64,000 bases of DNA from Malacoraja senta (GCA_038087875.1 CM075992.1:11906001-11970000); one strand, 5' to 3'. Counted from the first letter of the stretch, positions 39,880-51,741 are shown. Made by a program: numbers and translations. The notes: generated from the sequence alone by a model not told the origin.

Positions 39880-40345
39880 CTACTGGTTCAGGGTTGCAAT
39901 TTTTTCTCCCACTCAGATGAAAGGAGTAGTGGAGAAGGTGCCAAAATATATGCACAGATGCCTGAAGCAGCTCCTGGTTCAGGATTGCATATTTTTCCTC
40001 CCGCTCGGATGAACGGAATGATGGAGATGGTGCATAACTATATATGCACACATGCTGGAGGCAGCGCCTGGTTCAGGGTTGCATAAATCCTCCCACTCGG
40101 ATATATGAAGTGATGGAGATGGAGCCATATATATTATGCTCTGTATTACGGAAGCATGCACAGGCAGTTCAACCTGCCCCTGGTTTCAGGGTTGGGATAT
40201 TCCTCCCACCCGAAAGACTATCGGAGATGGTGTCACAAAATATGCTCGGTGTTATGGAAGCATGCACAGACGGTCTGAGGCATACGCATATGGCAACGCC
40301 TGGTTCAGGGTGCAATTTTTTCTCCCACTCTAAGAGAGTGTCGGA
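39880..40345. repeat. Degenerate tandem array, five units of ~90-120 bp; mirror copy at ~52345-52810
   Basis: Core ctggttcagggttgca..tctcccactc recurs at ~39883, 39973, 40067, 40179 and 40299, with a dispersed copy at ~39528. Confidence 0.85.
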
Positions 40346-40525
40346 GATCAGTATGGACTGACTCCAATCATGACCCCGAACATGACAATGTGCCGGGATC
40401 CCATGCTTTAATGCATGATGTGTGACAATCGCATAAGGAAGAGCTGCGTGCTCTTGCCTCTAAAATTGCTGTTCCCTCGGGGATGGACAAGCCACTACAA
40501 GAGGAATTGGCCAGCGGCATCAGCT

Positions 40526-43500
40526 AAGTGGGAAACTTAGCTGGAGTGAAAAGTTCCTTTGCTGTGGTGCCGTGCTGTGTGTTGTTGTTCCAGGTAGCAC
40601 CATGGTGAAGACGAGCAGGGGGAGGGCAGCCGCAGGTAAAGCAAAGGAGAGCCGTGGGAATGCGGTCTGTGAGCGTCTGCCTCGTACCCCTGCACAGTCG
40701 CGGACCGGGAGAGGAGCGACTGCAGACTTAGTGCTATAAAGCACTATCATAGAGCCAACGCCAGCGGGCGTCAGGCCAGGGGGAAGTCTGTGAGGGCTCA
40801 ACTGAGGCGGGCTGCGACGAGTCCCGTACGGGGCTGGATACAGTTTTTGAATGGTATCCCATATGGAGCACCTCATTCAGGGGTTGCTCCACTAATGCAC
40901 ACTCCAGGGGGAGGAGTCGTGTGGGCGGCAGGCTCTAGAAGAGGCCGCGCCGGCAGCACCTGGTAGAGGGCTGTTTGATACTACCCTAATTGGTGAGGTG
41001 AGTGCAGAGGGTCAGCTCAGTTCTGACCCTACTCTGACGGTGACTTCATTGACTAGCGAAGACGGCCGTTGTCAAAGGTCCATCTCTGGCAGCACGATTC
41101 GCTGTCCCGTCAGAGTATGGTGCCACTGGGAGAAGAGCTGGCCTCCACGATATAGAGGCTGCTGGATAGCACCCTCATTGGAAAGGCGCCTGCAGAGGGT
41201 CAGCTCAGTTCTGACCCGACTCTGACGGTGACTTCATTGACTAGCGAAGACGGCCGTTGTCAGAGGTCCATCTCTGGCAGCACGATTCGCTGTCCAGTCA
41301 GAGTCTGGAACCGCCAAGAAACAGGAGACCCGGGAAACTGCGAGTTGCTGAAGGTGCCAGCAGTGAACCGGGTGATATGGAGCCAGATGGGCGTGGGCGT
41401 GCAGTGCCCAGGAGATGAAGCTGCAGATAATCCTGAAATTAATTGGCTTAGGAATCACGGCGTTCGCTAGAACGGTGGATGGAGGGCATCTGTCGGAGAC
41501 GAAGCAAGAGGTACTAGGGTTGCTTTGTGGCACCCATTTTGAGATAAATTGTCTCAGGTAAAGTGCCATTCGGCGCACCATTAATCGCAAGTTTGCAGCA
41601 CTCTGACCAGCCCACCAACATACAGCCGGCCAAATTACTCTTCGGAGAGGACCTCACCAAGAGTGTCAAGGAGATGGATGACGAGGCAAAGACGGTGGGC
41701 TTGATTAAGCCACCTGATGTCGGCAAGTTTGCAAAGAGAAAGCACCCCTACAAACGAGGGACAGATTTCGGGTCTGGACCAGGAACAAGTCGGCCGGCAA
41801 TGCAGATGCGCAATTGGCGTTCTGCAGCGGGAACACGGTTAAACGTGGGGTTTTCCGCCAGGGGCCGGGGACAACGGGATCCACCAGGTACCAAGGAGGT
41901 AGGTGGGCCTGGTTCTCAGGTGTGCATATGAAATGTGGCACAATTAAAATCTGGGATGTGTTAAAGAAGGAACTGCAGATGCTGGAAAATCGAAGGTACA
42001 CAAAAATGCTGGAGAAACTCAGCGGGTGCAGCGGCATCTATGGAGCAAGGAAATAGACAACGTTTCCGGCCGAAACCCTTCTTCAGACTGATAAAGGGTG
42101 GGGAGAAGAAAGGAAAAAAGGAGAAAAGGCGGAGGAGGAGCCGGAGGGCTGAGGGACGGGAGGAGACTACCAGAGGGCTGATGAAGGGGAGGAGACAGCA
42201 AGGGCTAGCAAAATTGGGAGAAGTCAATGTTCATGCCCCCAGGATGTAGACTGCCCAAGCAGAATATGAGGTGCATTTCCTCCAATTTCCGGTGTTGCTC
42301 GCTGTGGCCATGGAGGAGACCCAGGACAGAGAGGTCAGATATGGAATGGGAGGGGGAGTTGAAGTGCTGAGCCACCGGGAGGTCAGGTTGGTTATTGCGG
42401 ACCGACCGGAGGTGTTCGGCGAAACAATCGGCAAGCCTCCGCTTGGTCTCACCGATGTAGATCAGCTGACATCTAGAGCAGCAGATGCAATAGATGAGGT
42501 TCGAGGAGATGCAGGTGAACCTCTGTCGCACCTGAAACGACTGCTTAGGTCCTTGAATGGAGTCGAAGGGGGAGGTGAAGGGACAAGTGTTGCATCTCTT
42601 GCGGTTGCAAGGGAAAGTACCCGGGGAGGGGGTGGTACGGGATGGAAGGGAAGAATTGACATGGGAGTTATGGAGGGAGCGGTCTTTGCGGAAGGCAGAC
42701 ATGGGGGCAGATGGGAAGATGTGGCGAGTGGTGGGGTCACGTTGGAGGTGGCGAAACTGACGGAGGATCACTTGTTGTATGTGACGGCTGGTGGGGTGAA
42801 AGGTGAGGACTTGGGGACTCTGCCCTTGTTGTGAGTGGGGGGATGGGGAGAGAGAGCAGTGTTGCGGGGTATGGCAGAGACCCTGGTGCGAGCCTCATCT
42901 ATGGTGGAGGAGGGGAACCCCGTTCCCTGAACAATGAGGCCATTTCGGATGCCCTGGTGTGGAACGCCTCATCCTGGGAGCAGATGCGGCGTAGACGGAG
43001 GAATTGGGAGTAGGGGATGGAGTCCTTACAGGAAGCAGGGTGGGAAGAAGTGTAGTCCAGATAGCCATGGGAGTCGGTAGGTTTGTAGTGGATGTCGGTA
43101 AGAAGTCTATCACCTGCGACGGAGATAGTGATGTCAAGGAATGGTAGGGAAGTGTCGGAAATGGTCCAGGTGTATTTGAGTGCCGGATGGAAGTTGGTGG
43201 TGAAGCGGATGAAGTCAGTCAGTTGTGTGTGGGTGCAGGATGTGGCACCAAAACAGTCATCGATGTAGCGGAGGTAGAGGTCGGGGATGGGGCCCTGGTA
43301 CGTATTGAACAAGGATTGTTCTACGTACCCGACAAAGAGTCAGGCATAGCTGGGGCCCATGCATGTGCCCATAGCTACGCCTTGTATTTGGAGGAAATGG
43401 GAGGAGTCAAATTGGAAGTTATTGAGGGTAAGGACCAGCTCCGCTAGGCGGAGGAGGGTGTCAGTGGCCGGGTATAGGTTGCTTCTCTGGTCGAGGAAGA

Positions 43501-46192
43501 ACCGGAGGGCTTTGACACCATCCTGGTGGGGGATGGAGGTGTACAGTGACTGGACGTCGATGGTGAAGATGAGGGGGTGAGGGCCTAGAGAGTGGAATGC
43601 ACGGAGATGACGGAGAGTGTCTGAGGTGTCTTGAACATAGGTAGGGAGAGATTTAACCAAGTTGTTAAATACACTTTTCAAAGATTGGGTATTAATCATC
43701 CAGAGATAACCAAATTAACATTCAATTAACATGGTAGTGACTCTGCCCAGGCAGTAAGGGTAGAGCTAATTGACAGCTGTATCAAGCTAATGGAGGCACT
43801 AAGGATACATTCGGGTCATTATAATAGATCCATGCAGTTATCAGCAGAGGCTGTTTCTGGTTTGCAATGGTGGATTCACCATGTGTCCAGGAGTTCTAGC
43901 ATGGTTGTGCTTGACCAGCCTTCCATGATTTTGCAGATGAATGTCAGTGCACTCGGGTGGGGTGTCATGGATACGAGTTTCAGCTGTGGAGGCAGATGGA
44001 CTGAGCAAGAGGCATCGCCTCTGCAGACATGGGGAATTAACTATTGAGAGCTTTTTATGGATAAGGCTTATTGTTCTAACAAAGGTAACCTGCATGTTCA
44101 GTTTCAGATTGACAATACTACGGCAGTGGCATATATATTAATCACATCGGTGGAATCAAGTCGGTATCTTGTGACAGATTGGCTAATCAAATTTGGGCCT
44201 GGTGCATTGAAAAAGATATTTGGTTTTCAACTATTTATCTACCAGGTAGATTCAACATAGTAGCAGACGCCAAGTCACGAAAGTTCCATGACAACACAGA
44301 TTGGATGTTGAACCAGGAGGTGTTCAATAATACAGTACTCATATATGAATGGCAGATATCGATTTGTTTTGCATCGAGGTTTAACCACGAGCTGCCTAAA
44401 TATGTTTCATGGGAACCAGACCAGGGGACAGTAGCAATTGAGGCTTTCTCGCTACATTGGGGTGGTATGTTTTTATATATTTTCCCACCATTCTGCCTCA
44501 TAGGTCGGAATCTGCAAAAAATCAAGCAGGATGCCGCTTTGGGGGTGCTTGTAATACCTAGTTGGCTGAATCAAGCATGATTCCTTTTGATGTTACAGTT
44601 AGCGATCCAACCTCCTTTGGTGGTTCCCAAGCGTAGGAATTTACTGGAGCATCCGCTAACACGGGAAAGTCATCTGTTATGTGATCGTATTGACTTGTTA
44701 ATTTCCAGGTTTTAAGAAGACCATACCTGGGGCGAGGACTGTCTGGGCGAACGGTGGAAATGCTCACTGCAGCCTGGAGAAAGAGTACTCAAAAGCGGTA
44801 TATTACTTATGTAAAAAAAATGGGAGCAATATTGTGTACAAAATAAGATTGACTATAGAACTGCAGGTATTGTGGATAGTTTAGAGTTCCTGTCAACACT
44901 CTACGATGATGAGGGTCTCAGTTATATTGCCATTAATACAGCTTTAAGTGCTTTGTATATTTTGATGGGTCAGGAAAAGATCCTATTGGGTTTTCATCAT
45001 CTCATAGCTCGATTGATGAAAGGAATTTCAACTCCAAACCTCCTAAACCCAGGAATATGGTGATCTGGGATGTAAGTGTGGTCCTCAAGATGCTTCGACA
45101 GTAGGTTCCTGTCACGTCTCTGAATTTGCCAAACTAACCATGAAGGTGGTCATGCTCATGGCATTGGTTCAGCATAGCGAGTGCAGATTTTGCAAAAGCT
45201 TCTGCTAGACAGGATGGAAGTGGCTGAAGAGAATGTTATGTTATATATTTGTGCCCTGCTCAAACAGAGCAGGCCATGTGTCGCAGGTTTGTTAAAATTG
45301 TGTTTTCAGCATAACCTACTGATCCATGTTTATGTGTAATGACACATTTATTTTCATTATATTGAAGCTACAAAGACCTTAAGAAATGTGGAAACAGCAT
45401 TGTTTATCAGTTACATGAAGCCAAACAAGAGAGTGTCAGTGCAGACTATCTCAAGGTGGTTTAAAGCAAATGTTGATTCAGGCAGGTATTAACACTGAAG
45501 TGTATATATCCTTTTCCACTAGTGCAGCAGCAACGTCGTCGGCTAGGGCAATGGGTGTTCCATCGGCCATATTCTTACAGGTGCCGGGTGGCCAAATTAA
45601 TTGGTTTTTAATTTTTTTTACCATCGGCCGATTGCTGATCGGCGAGAGGCTGTTTGCAAATTCAGTATTGTTCTATGTAGTTTCCCCTGGGATAGAGGGG
45701 TTACTGTTTGTTTTGATTATTCAAATCAATTGTTATTGCATGATATTCAATTTCATGTTTAACGAATTATTGATTGTTTCTCATCCAAAGTCAATCAATG
45801 CAGTGGGAAGCCGGGATTTGAATCTGCGGCATAAAATCACAGAGCTTTGAACTCTTCACGGAATCACTAAAGTGACTCCGAAGTTAAATAGTAAGATTAA
45901 ACGAGAACTTACCAGTTTGAAGTTTGATCTTTATTTTATGAGGAGTTACATTGGTGATTACGTGCCCGCCACGCCCAACCCTCTCTCTCATAAAAGGTCA
46001 TATGGTAGTTCTCATGTTGCTGATCTTACTATGTTACTTCATATTTTCTGTTATCTGTGATTTCATACCGCTGCTTTGAAGATTGACGCGCATGCGCCCT
46101 GACAGGTCTTCTTCACCTAATCACCAACGTAACTCCTCATAAAATAAAGATCAAACTTCAAACTGGTAAGTTCTCATTTAATCTTACTATTT
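40526..46192 (+). mobile_element. DIRS retrotransposon B (gag-like region, Penelope insertion, RNase H, MT-like, YR remnants, ICR and right ITR); 5' end deleted in this arm
   Basis: gag-like PGNCELLKVPAVN and LLFGEDLTKSVKEMDDEAK. From 43670: SALGWG, IDNTTAVAY, FASRFNHELPKYVSW, FPPF, then YR remnants. ICR at 45854-45964, right terminus at 46085-46192. Confidence 0.85.
41961..43665 (-). mobile_element. Penelope element (RT + GIY-YIG) inserted in DIRS-B
   Basis: IDVQSLYTSIP, GVAMGTCMGPSYA, YLRYIDD, LPFLD, NLIYCICCSRCQLIYIGETKR. The stops at ~43340 and ~42899 are also present in the mirror copy. Confidence 0.92.
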
Positions 46193-47897
46193 CTCCTCAG
46201 TTGGTAGAGTTACTGGTTCATTGGAAACATCATTGCCATCCTCTCTGGGACAGGTAGCTACCAGCAGGAAGCTCGTCTGGCATATAATATAACTTTATCT
46301 GACTTGTATTTATAATAATCCATAGGCTCTCAATACCAGTATTCCTGATTTTGTGGCGGGTCGAAGAGATTGTATTGTGCACTCTGGCGACTTAGACATG
46401 TGGTTTCAGTCAAAGGACTGCGAGGTAATTCCTGATTCAGCCTTGCATTATACTAATCTTCACTCTGAAGGAAAACGCTGAGTATTCATGGTGACTCTTA
46501 GTCAAGAGTTGACAGGGAACTTGTATTCCCACATCTAAGGGAGACTGTGGTTTCAGCTCTAGTCATTAGCTGCTGATTATATATTATCAGCGATATGTAT
46601 AAATAACTAGATAAAGCATCTTCCGCGGGTAGGAAATACAAAGATTGTTTCCATCCGTAGGATCAATAGAGGAACAGCAGTTCCAAGTGCAATCAGTGAC
46701 AGCTCATCTGAGGATGAGTGGTCTGGCCAAGGTCTAGAGGGGTATATTTCTGATACTTCTCAAGATTACAGAAATATGGTGCAGGCTGAATCGGGTTAGC
46801 ATTAGGCTAATGGGATTATGGGTTTACTTACCCAGTTTAAGATGGATGACTGGGTTTCTGCAATTTATCTGACTCAGAGAATCGCTCTTGTAGTTGCATA
46901 CTCTGTCATATCTACACACATAAGGTACAGATTCTGCTGTTTTGATACAAAGCTAGTGGTGACAGCCTATGCTGCCCTTCTCAGATTAAAGGGCATTATG
47001 TCATCGAGTTTTAGGTAATATGCAAAATTGCAGCTGACAAAACTTATGGGTTGTCGGTAGATATCTTTTGCAATATTACAAATGAGGCAACATGAAATTT
47101 AACAGTACCAATTTGTCTACTCAATCACACCATGGTAGGCGACTAAAGCAACTCTTATTTACTCAGTCACGAGTGATGGCTGGGACAGCCTGTCTTCTCG
47201 GGCAACTAGCTCTGCACGATTGTATGAGAAGCTTGTGAACAACATATGTGAGTCAATTTAAACGGAAGTAACAGAGGTTTGTATGGCTTCCAGTTTAAGC
47301 CTAGAGAAGCTTTTATGTGATAGCACAATTGACATTGCTTGTGCTGCTTTGTCATTTCTGCAGTACCTTAAGTGGGACATAAATGATTGGTTCTTTACCC
47401 ACTATTCGCTAACGTTATGCAGGGTGTCTTTTACTTGACCACTCTAATAGCCTACACTCATTGTAATGTGCGATGTATATCAGTACATTGTTATGCAAAT
47501 ATTCCTCTAATTTTTCTAATGGGACCAGTATCTAAAGATGATTATGCTTTCAGCAACTGATCTCAGCATAAAGAACACAGCCTTTACTCAATCTCCGGTT
47601 TAGTCTCTACGTCATACTGACATTAGGGTAGCTTGTTATAGAAATAATCTCATAAGCAAATGAGCAGGATTGCGTACAGTTGAGGTTGACAGCATACCCA
47701 CCAGAGCAGAGATCAGAGATGTCATTAGGTATACAAGTGCACTCAGCTGCTAGTGCCTATGAAATGGAAGATAGTTCTTTTGTTATTCAATAGTCTCAAG
47801 ATATTGCTGATGGCTCATTAGCAGCCAATAGAATCGATTTCCCTTTCATCATACAGCATGAGGTTTACATAGTGCAGGTTAATCTTATTTTATTTTA

Positions 47898-47920
47898 CCT
47901 ATATACTTTTAAAACTCTGG

Positions 47921-47965
<45 letters not shown>

Positions 47966-48400
47966 CATTTATTTGTGGGTGTCACATTTGGCCTTTGATT
48001 CCTTGTTCCGCCAAAACCACACGCGAAAACTCCGCGATTTTTTCCCATTTCGCTAGACATTACACTTTTACATACCCTAAAACACTCCTTATTAGATTTA
48101 GACATTTTTATGTACACATTTTAAAATAAAATCCACCCCCCCCGCCCCCGCTCACTCATTTTGTCTACTCCTGCTGGCCAGCCACCAGAACGGCCGCTGT
48201 CGCCCGGCTCTGCTCCAAAAACGGCGACATTTTAATTTTTTCCCTGGCGATTTTTGCTGCTGCCGCCCGGCTCTCCTCCACTACCCCCCCCCCCCCCCCC
48301 CCCGGGCCGGCTCTCTCATGCTGGCTCAAGCCAAACATCGGCTCTTCCCTCTCTGCTCTGAAAAGCAGCGGCGGAACAACCCATCTTTGCCTTCAGCAAG
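47898..48400 (+). mobile_element. Possible Helitron-like non-autonomous element 5' region containing (GT)n at 47923-47961
   Basis: Begins cctatatacttttaaaactct followed by a microsatellite, an arrangement seen at Helitron-type 5' ends. No 3' end is visible. Confidence 0.3.
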
Positions 48401-48538
48401 CGTGACAGAGCCGGTGCGTCAACGGCCGTGGCCTGTCGGCCCGCAGCCCCATTGAGGGCGTACGCAACGTCTTGACGGCGTATGCCGCCTACGCCGTCAA
48501 CACGCTGCGTACGCCGTCAAGACGCTGCCTACGCCGTC

Positions 48539-48738
48539 NNNNNNNNNNNNNNNNNNNNNNNNNNNNNNNNNNNNNNNNNNNNNNNNNNNNNNNNNNNNNN
48601 NNNNNNNNNNNNNNNNNNNNNNNNNNNNNNNNNNNNNNNNNNNNNNNNNNNNNNNNNNNNNNNNNNNNNNNNNNNNNNNNNNNNNNNNNNNNNNNNNNNN
48701 NNNNNNNNNNNNNNNNNNNNNNNNNNNNNNNNNNNNNN
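48539..48738. other. Assembly gap (200 N)
   Basis: Run of exactly 200 N; a round number typical of a scaffold join of unknown size. Confidence 0.99.
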
Positions 48739-50256
48739 TATACCCGGCCACTGACACCCTCCTCCGCCTAGCGGACCTGTTCCTTACCCTCAATAACTTC
48801 CCATTTGACTCCTCCCATTTCCTCCAAATACAAGGCGTAGCTATGGGCACATGCATGGGCCCCAGCTATGCCTGACTCTTTGTCGGGTACGTAGAACAAT
48901 CCTTGTTCAATACGTACCAGGGCCCCATCCCCGACCTCTACTTCCGCTACATCGATGACTGTTTTGGTGCCACATCCTGCACCCACACACAACTGACTGA
49001 CTTCATCCGCTTCACCACCAACTTCCATCCGGCACTCAAATACACCTGGACCATTTCCGACACTTCCCTACCATTCCTTGACTGCACTATCTCCGTCGCA
49101 GGTGATAGACTTCTTACCGACATCCACTACAAACCTACCGACTCCCATGGCTATCTGGACTACACTTCTTCCCACCCTGCTTCCTGTAAGGACTCCATCC
49201 CCTACTCCCAATTCCTCCGTCTACGCCGCATCTGCTCCCAGGATGAGGCGTTCCACACCAGGGCATCCGAAATGGCCTCATTGTTCAGGGAACGGGGTTC
49301 CCCTCCTCCACCATAGATGAGGCTTGCACCAGTGTCTCTACCATACCCCGCAACACTGCTCTCTCTCCCCATCCCCCCACTCACAACAAGGGCAGAGTCC
49401 CCCTAGTCCTCACCTTTCACCCCACCAACCGTCACATACAACAAGTGATCCTCCGTCAGTTTCGCCACCTCCAACGTGACCCCACCACTCGCCACATCTT
49501 CCCATCTCCCCCCATGTCTGCCTTCCGCAAAGACCGCTCCCTCCGTAACTCCCACGTCAATTCTTCCCTTCCATCCCGTACCACCCCCTCCCCGGGTACT
49601 TTCCCTTGCAACCGCAAGAGATGCAACACTTGTCCCTTCACCTCCCCCTTCAACTCCATTCAAGGACCTAAGCAGTCGTTCCAGGTGCGACAGAGGTTCA
49701 CCTGCATCTCCTCCAACCTCATCTATTGCATCCGCTGCTCTAGATGTCAGCTGATCTACATCGGTGAGACCAAGCGGAGGCTTGCCGATCGTTTCGCCGA
49801 ACACCTCCGGTCGGTCTGCAATAACCAACCTGACCTCCCGGTGGCTCAGCACTTCAACTCCCCCTCCCATTCCGTATCTGACCTCTCTGTCCTGGGTCTC
49901 CTCCATGGCCACAGCAAGCAACACCGGAAATTGGAGGAAATGCACTTCATATTCCGCTTGGGCAGTCCACATCCTGGGGGCATGAACATTGAATTCTCCC
50001 AATTTTGCTAGCCCTTGCTGCCTCCTCCCCTTCATCAGCCCTCTGGTAGTCTCCTCCCATCCCTCAGCCCTCCGGCTCCTCCTCCGCCTTTTTTCCTTTT
50101 TTCCTTTCTTTTCCCCACCCCTTATCAGTCTGAAGAAGGGTTTCGGCCGGAAACGTTGCCTATTTCCTTCGCTCCATAGATGCTGCTGCACCCGCTGAGT
50201 TTCTCCAGCATTTTTGTGTACCTTCGATTTTCCAGCATCTGCTGTTCCTTCTTTAA
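48739..50256 (+). mobile_element. Penelope element, mirror copy, cut by the gap
   Basis: YFRYIDD, GIY-YIG ORF 49445-50011, hammerhead-like motif at 50130-50160. Confidence 0.92.
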
Positions 50257-51741
50257 CACATCCCAGATTTTAATTGTGTCACATTTCATATGCACACCTG
50301 AGAACCAGGCCCACCTACCTCCTTGGTACCTGGTGGATCCCGTTGTCCCCGGCCCCTGGCGGAAAACCCCACGTTTAACCGTGTTCCCGCTGCAGAACGC
50401 CAATTGCCATCTGCATTGCCGGCCGACTTGTTCCTGGTCCAGACCCGAAATCGGTCCCTCGTTTGTAGGGGTACTTTCTCTTTGCAAACTTGCCGACATC
50501 AGGTGGCTTAATCAAGCCCACCGTCTTTGCCTCGTCATCCATCTCCTTGACACTCTTGGTGAGGTCCTCTCCGAAGAGTAATTTGGCCGGCTGTATGTTG
50601 GTGGGCTGGTCAGAGTGCTGCAAACTTGGGATTAATGGTGGGCCGAATGGCACTTTACCTGAGACAATTTATCTCAAAATGGGTGCCACAAAGCAACCCT
50701 AGTACCTCTTGCTTCGTCTCCGACAGATGCCCTCCATCCACCGTTCTAGCGAACGCCGTGATTCCTGAGCCAATTAATTTCAGGATTCTCTGCAGCTTCA
50801 TCTCCTGGGCACTGCACGCCCACGCCCATCTGGCTCCATATCACCCGGTTCACTGCTGGCACCTTCAGCAACTCGCAGTTTCCCGGGTCTCCTGTTTCTT
50901 GGCGGTTCCAGACTCTGACTGGACAGCGAATCGTGCTGCCAGAGATGGGAACTCTGACAACAGCCGTCTTCGCTTTCCCAGTGGCACTGCATACTCTGAC
51001 GGGACAGCGAATCGTGCTGCCAGAGATGGACCTCTGACAACAGCCGTCTTCGCTAGTCAATGAAGTCACCGTCAGAGTCGGGTCAGAACTGAGCTGACCC
51101 TCTGCACTCACCTCACCAATGAGGGTAGTATCAAACAGCCCTCTACCAGGTGCTGCCGGCGCGGCCTCTTCTGGAGCCTACCGCCCACACGACTCCTCCC
51201 CCTGGAGTGTGCATTAGTGGAGCAACCCCTGAATGAGGTGCTCCATATGGGATACCATTCAAAAACTGTATCCAGCCCCGTACGGGACTCGTCGCAGCCC
51301 GCCTCAGTTGAGCCCTCACAGACTTCCCCCTGGCCTGACGCCCGCTGGCGTTGGCTCTATGATAGTGCTTTATAGCACTAAGTCTGCAGTCGCTCCTCTC
51401 CCGGTCCGCGACTGTGCAGGGGTACGAGGCAGACGCTCACAGACCGCATTCCCACGGCTCTCCTTTGCTTTACCTGCGGCTGCCCTCCCCCTGCTCGTCT
51501 TCACCATGGTGCTACCTGTAACAACAACACACAGCACGGCACCACAGCAAAGGAACTTTTCACTCCAGCTACGTTTCCCACTTAGCTGGAGTTTTAAAAC
51601 TACTTAAAATATCAAAAATACCTTACCAGAAGAGGAGCTCTGTCCTCCTGGTCCATGCACCAATGCGTCCGACGTAATGACGCGCATGCGCCCTGACGGG
51701 TCTTCTTCACGGAATCACTAAAGTGACTCCGAAGTAAAATA
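50257..51741 (-). mobile_element. DIRS-B 5' part with intact left terminus
   Basis: 51679-51741 matches the right ITR (46085-46116) and the first half of the ICR (45854-45890). gag-like ORFs at 50375-51111. Confidence 0.85.

Larger units (their letters stand above)
28693..43476. repeat. Left arm of a large inverted duplication (mirror of 48739-64000)
   Basis: 28693 (attcttcacgatg) is the reverse complement of the window end; 43476 corresponds to 48739. The ORF track is mirrored throughout, e.g. 30824-31663(+) and 61044-61883(-). Confidence 0.97.

Noticed and set aside
39880..40345. CRISPR-like repeat-spacer appearance
   Set aside because: The linkers resemble each other, the cores are degenerate, the DNA is eukaryotic and there are no cas genes. 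It is a tandem repeat.
48472..48856. ORFs spanning the N run
   Set aside because: Artefacts of translating through the assembly gap.
49403..50191. 262 aa antisense ORF, and similar antisense ORFs over LINEs
   Set aside because: Shadow frames of Penelope or LINE coding sequence with no independent evidence.
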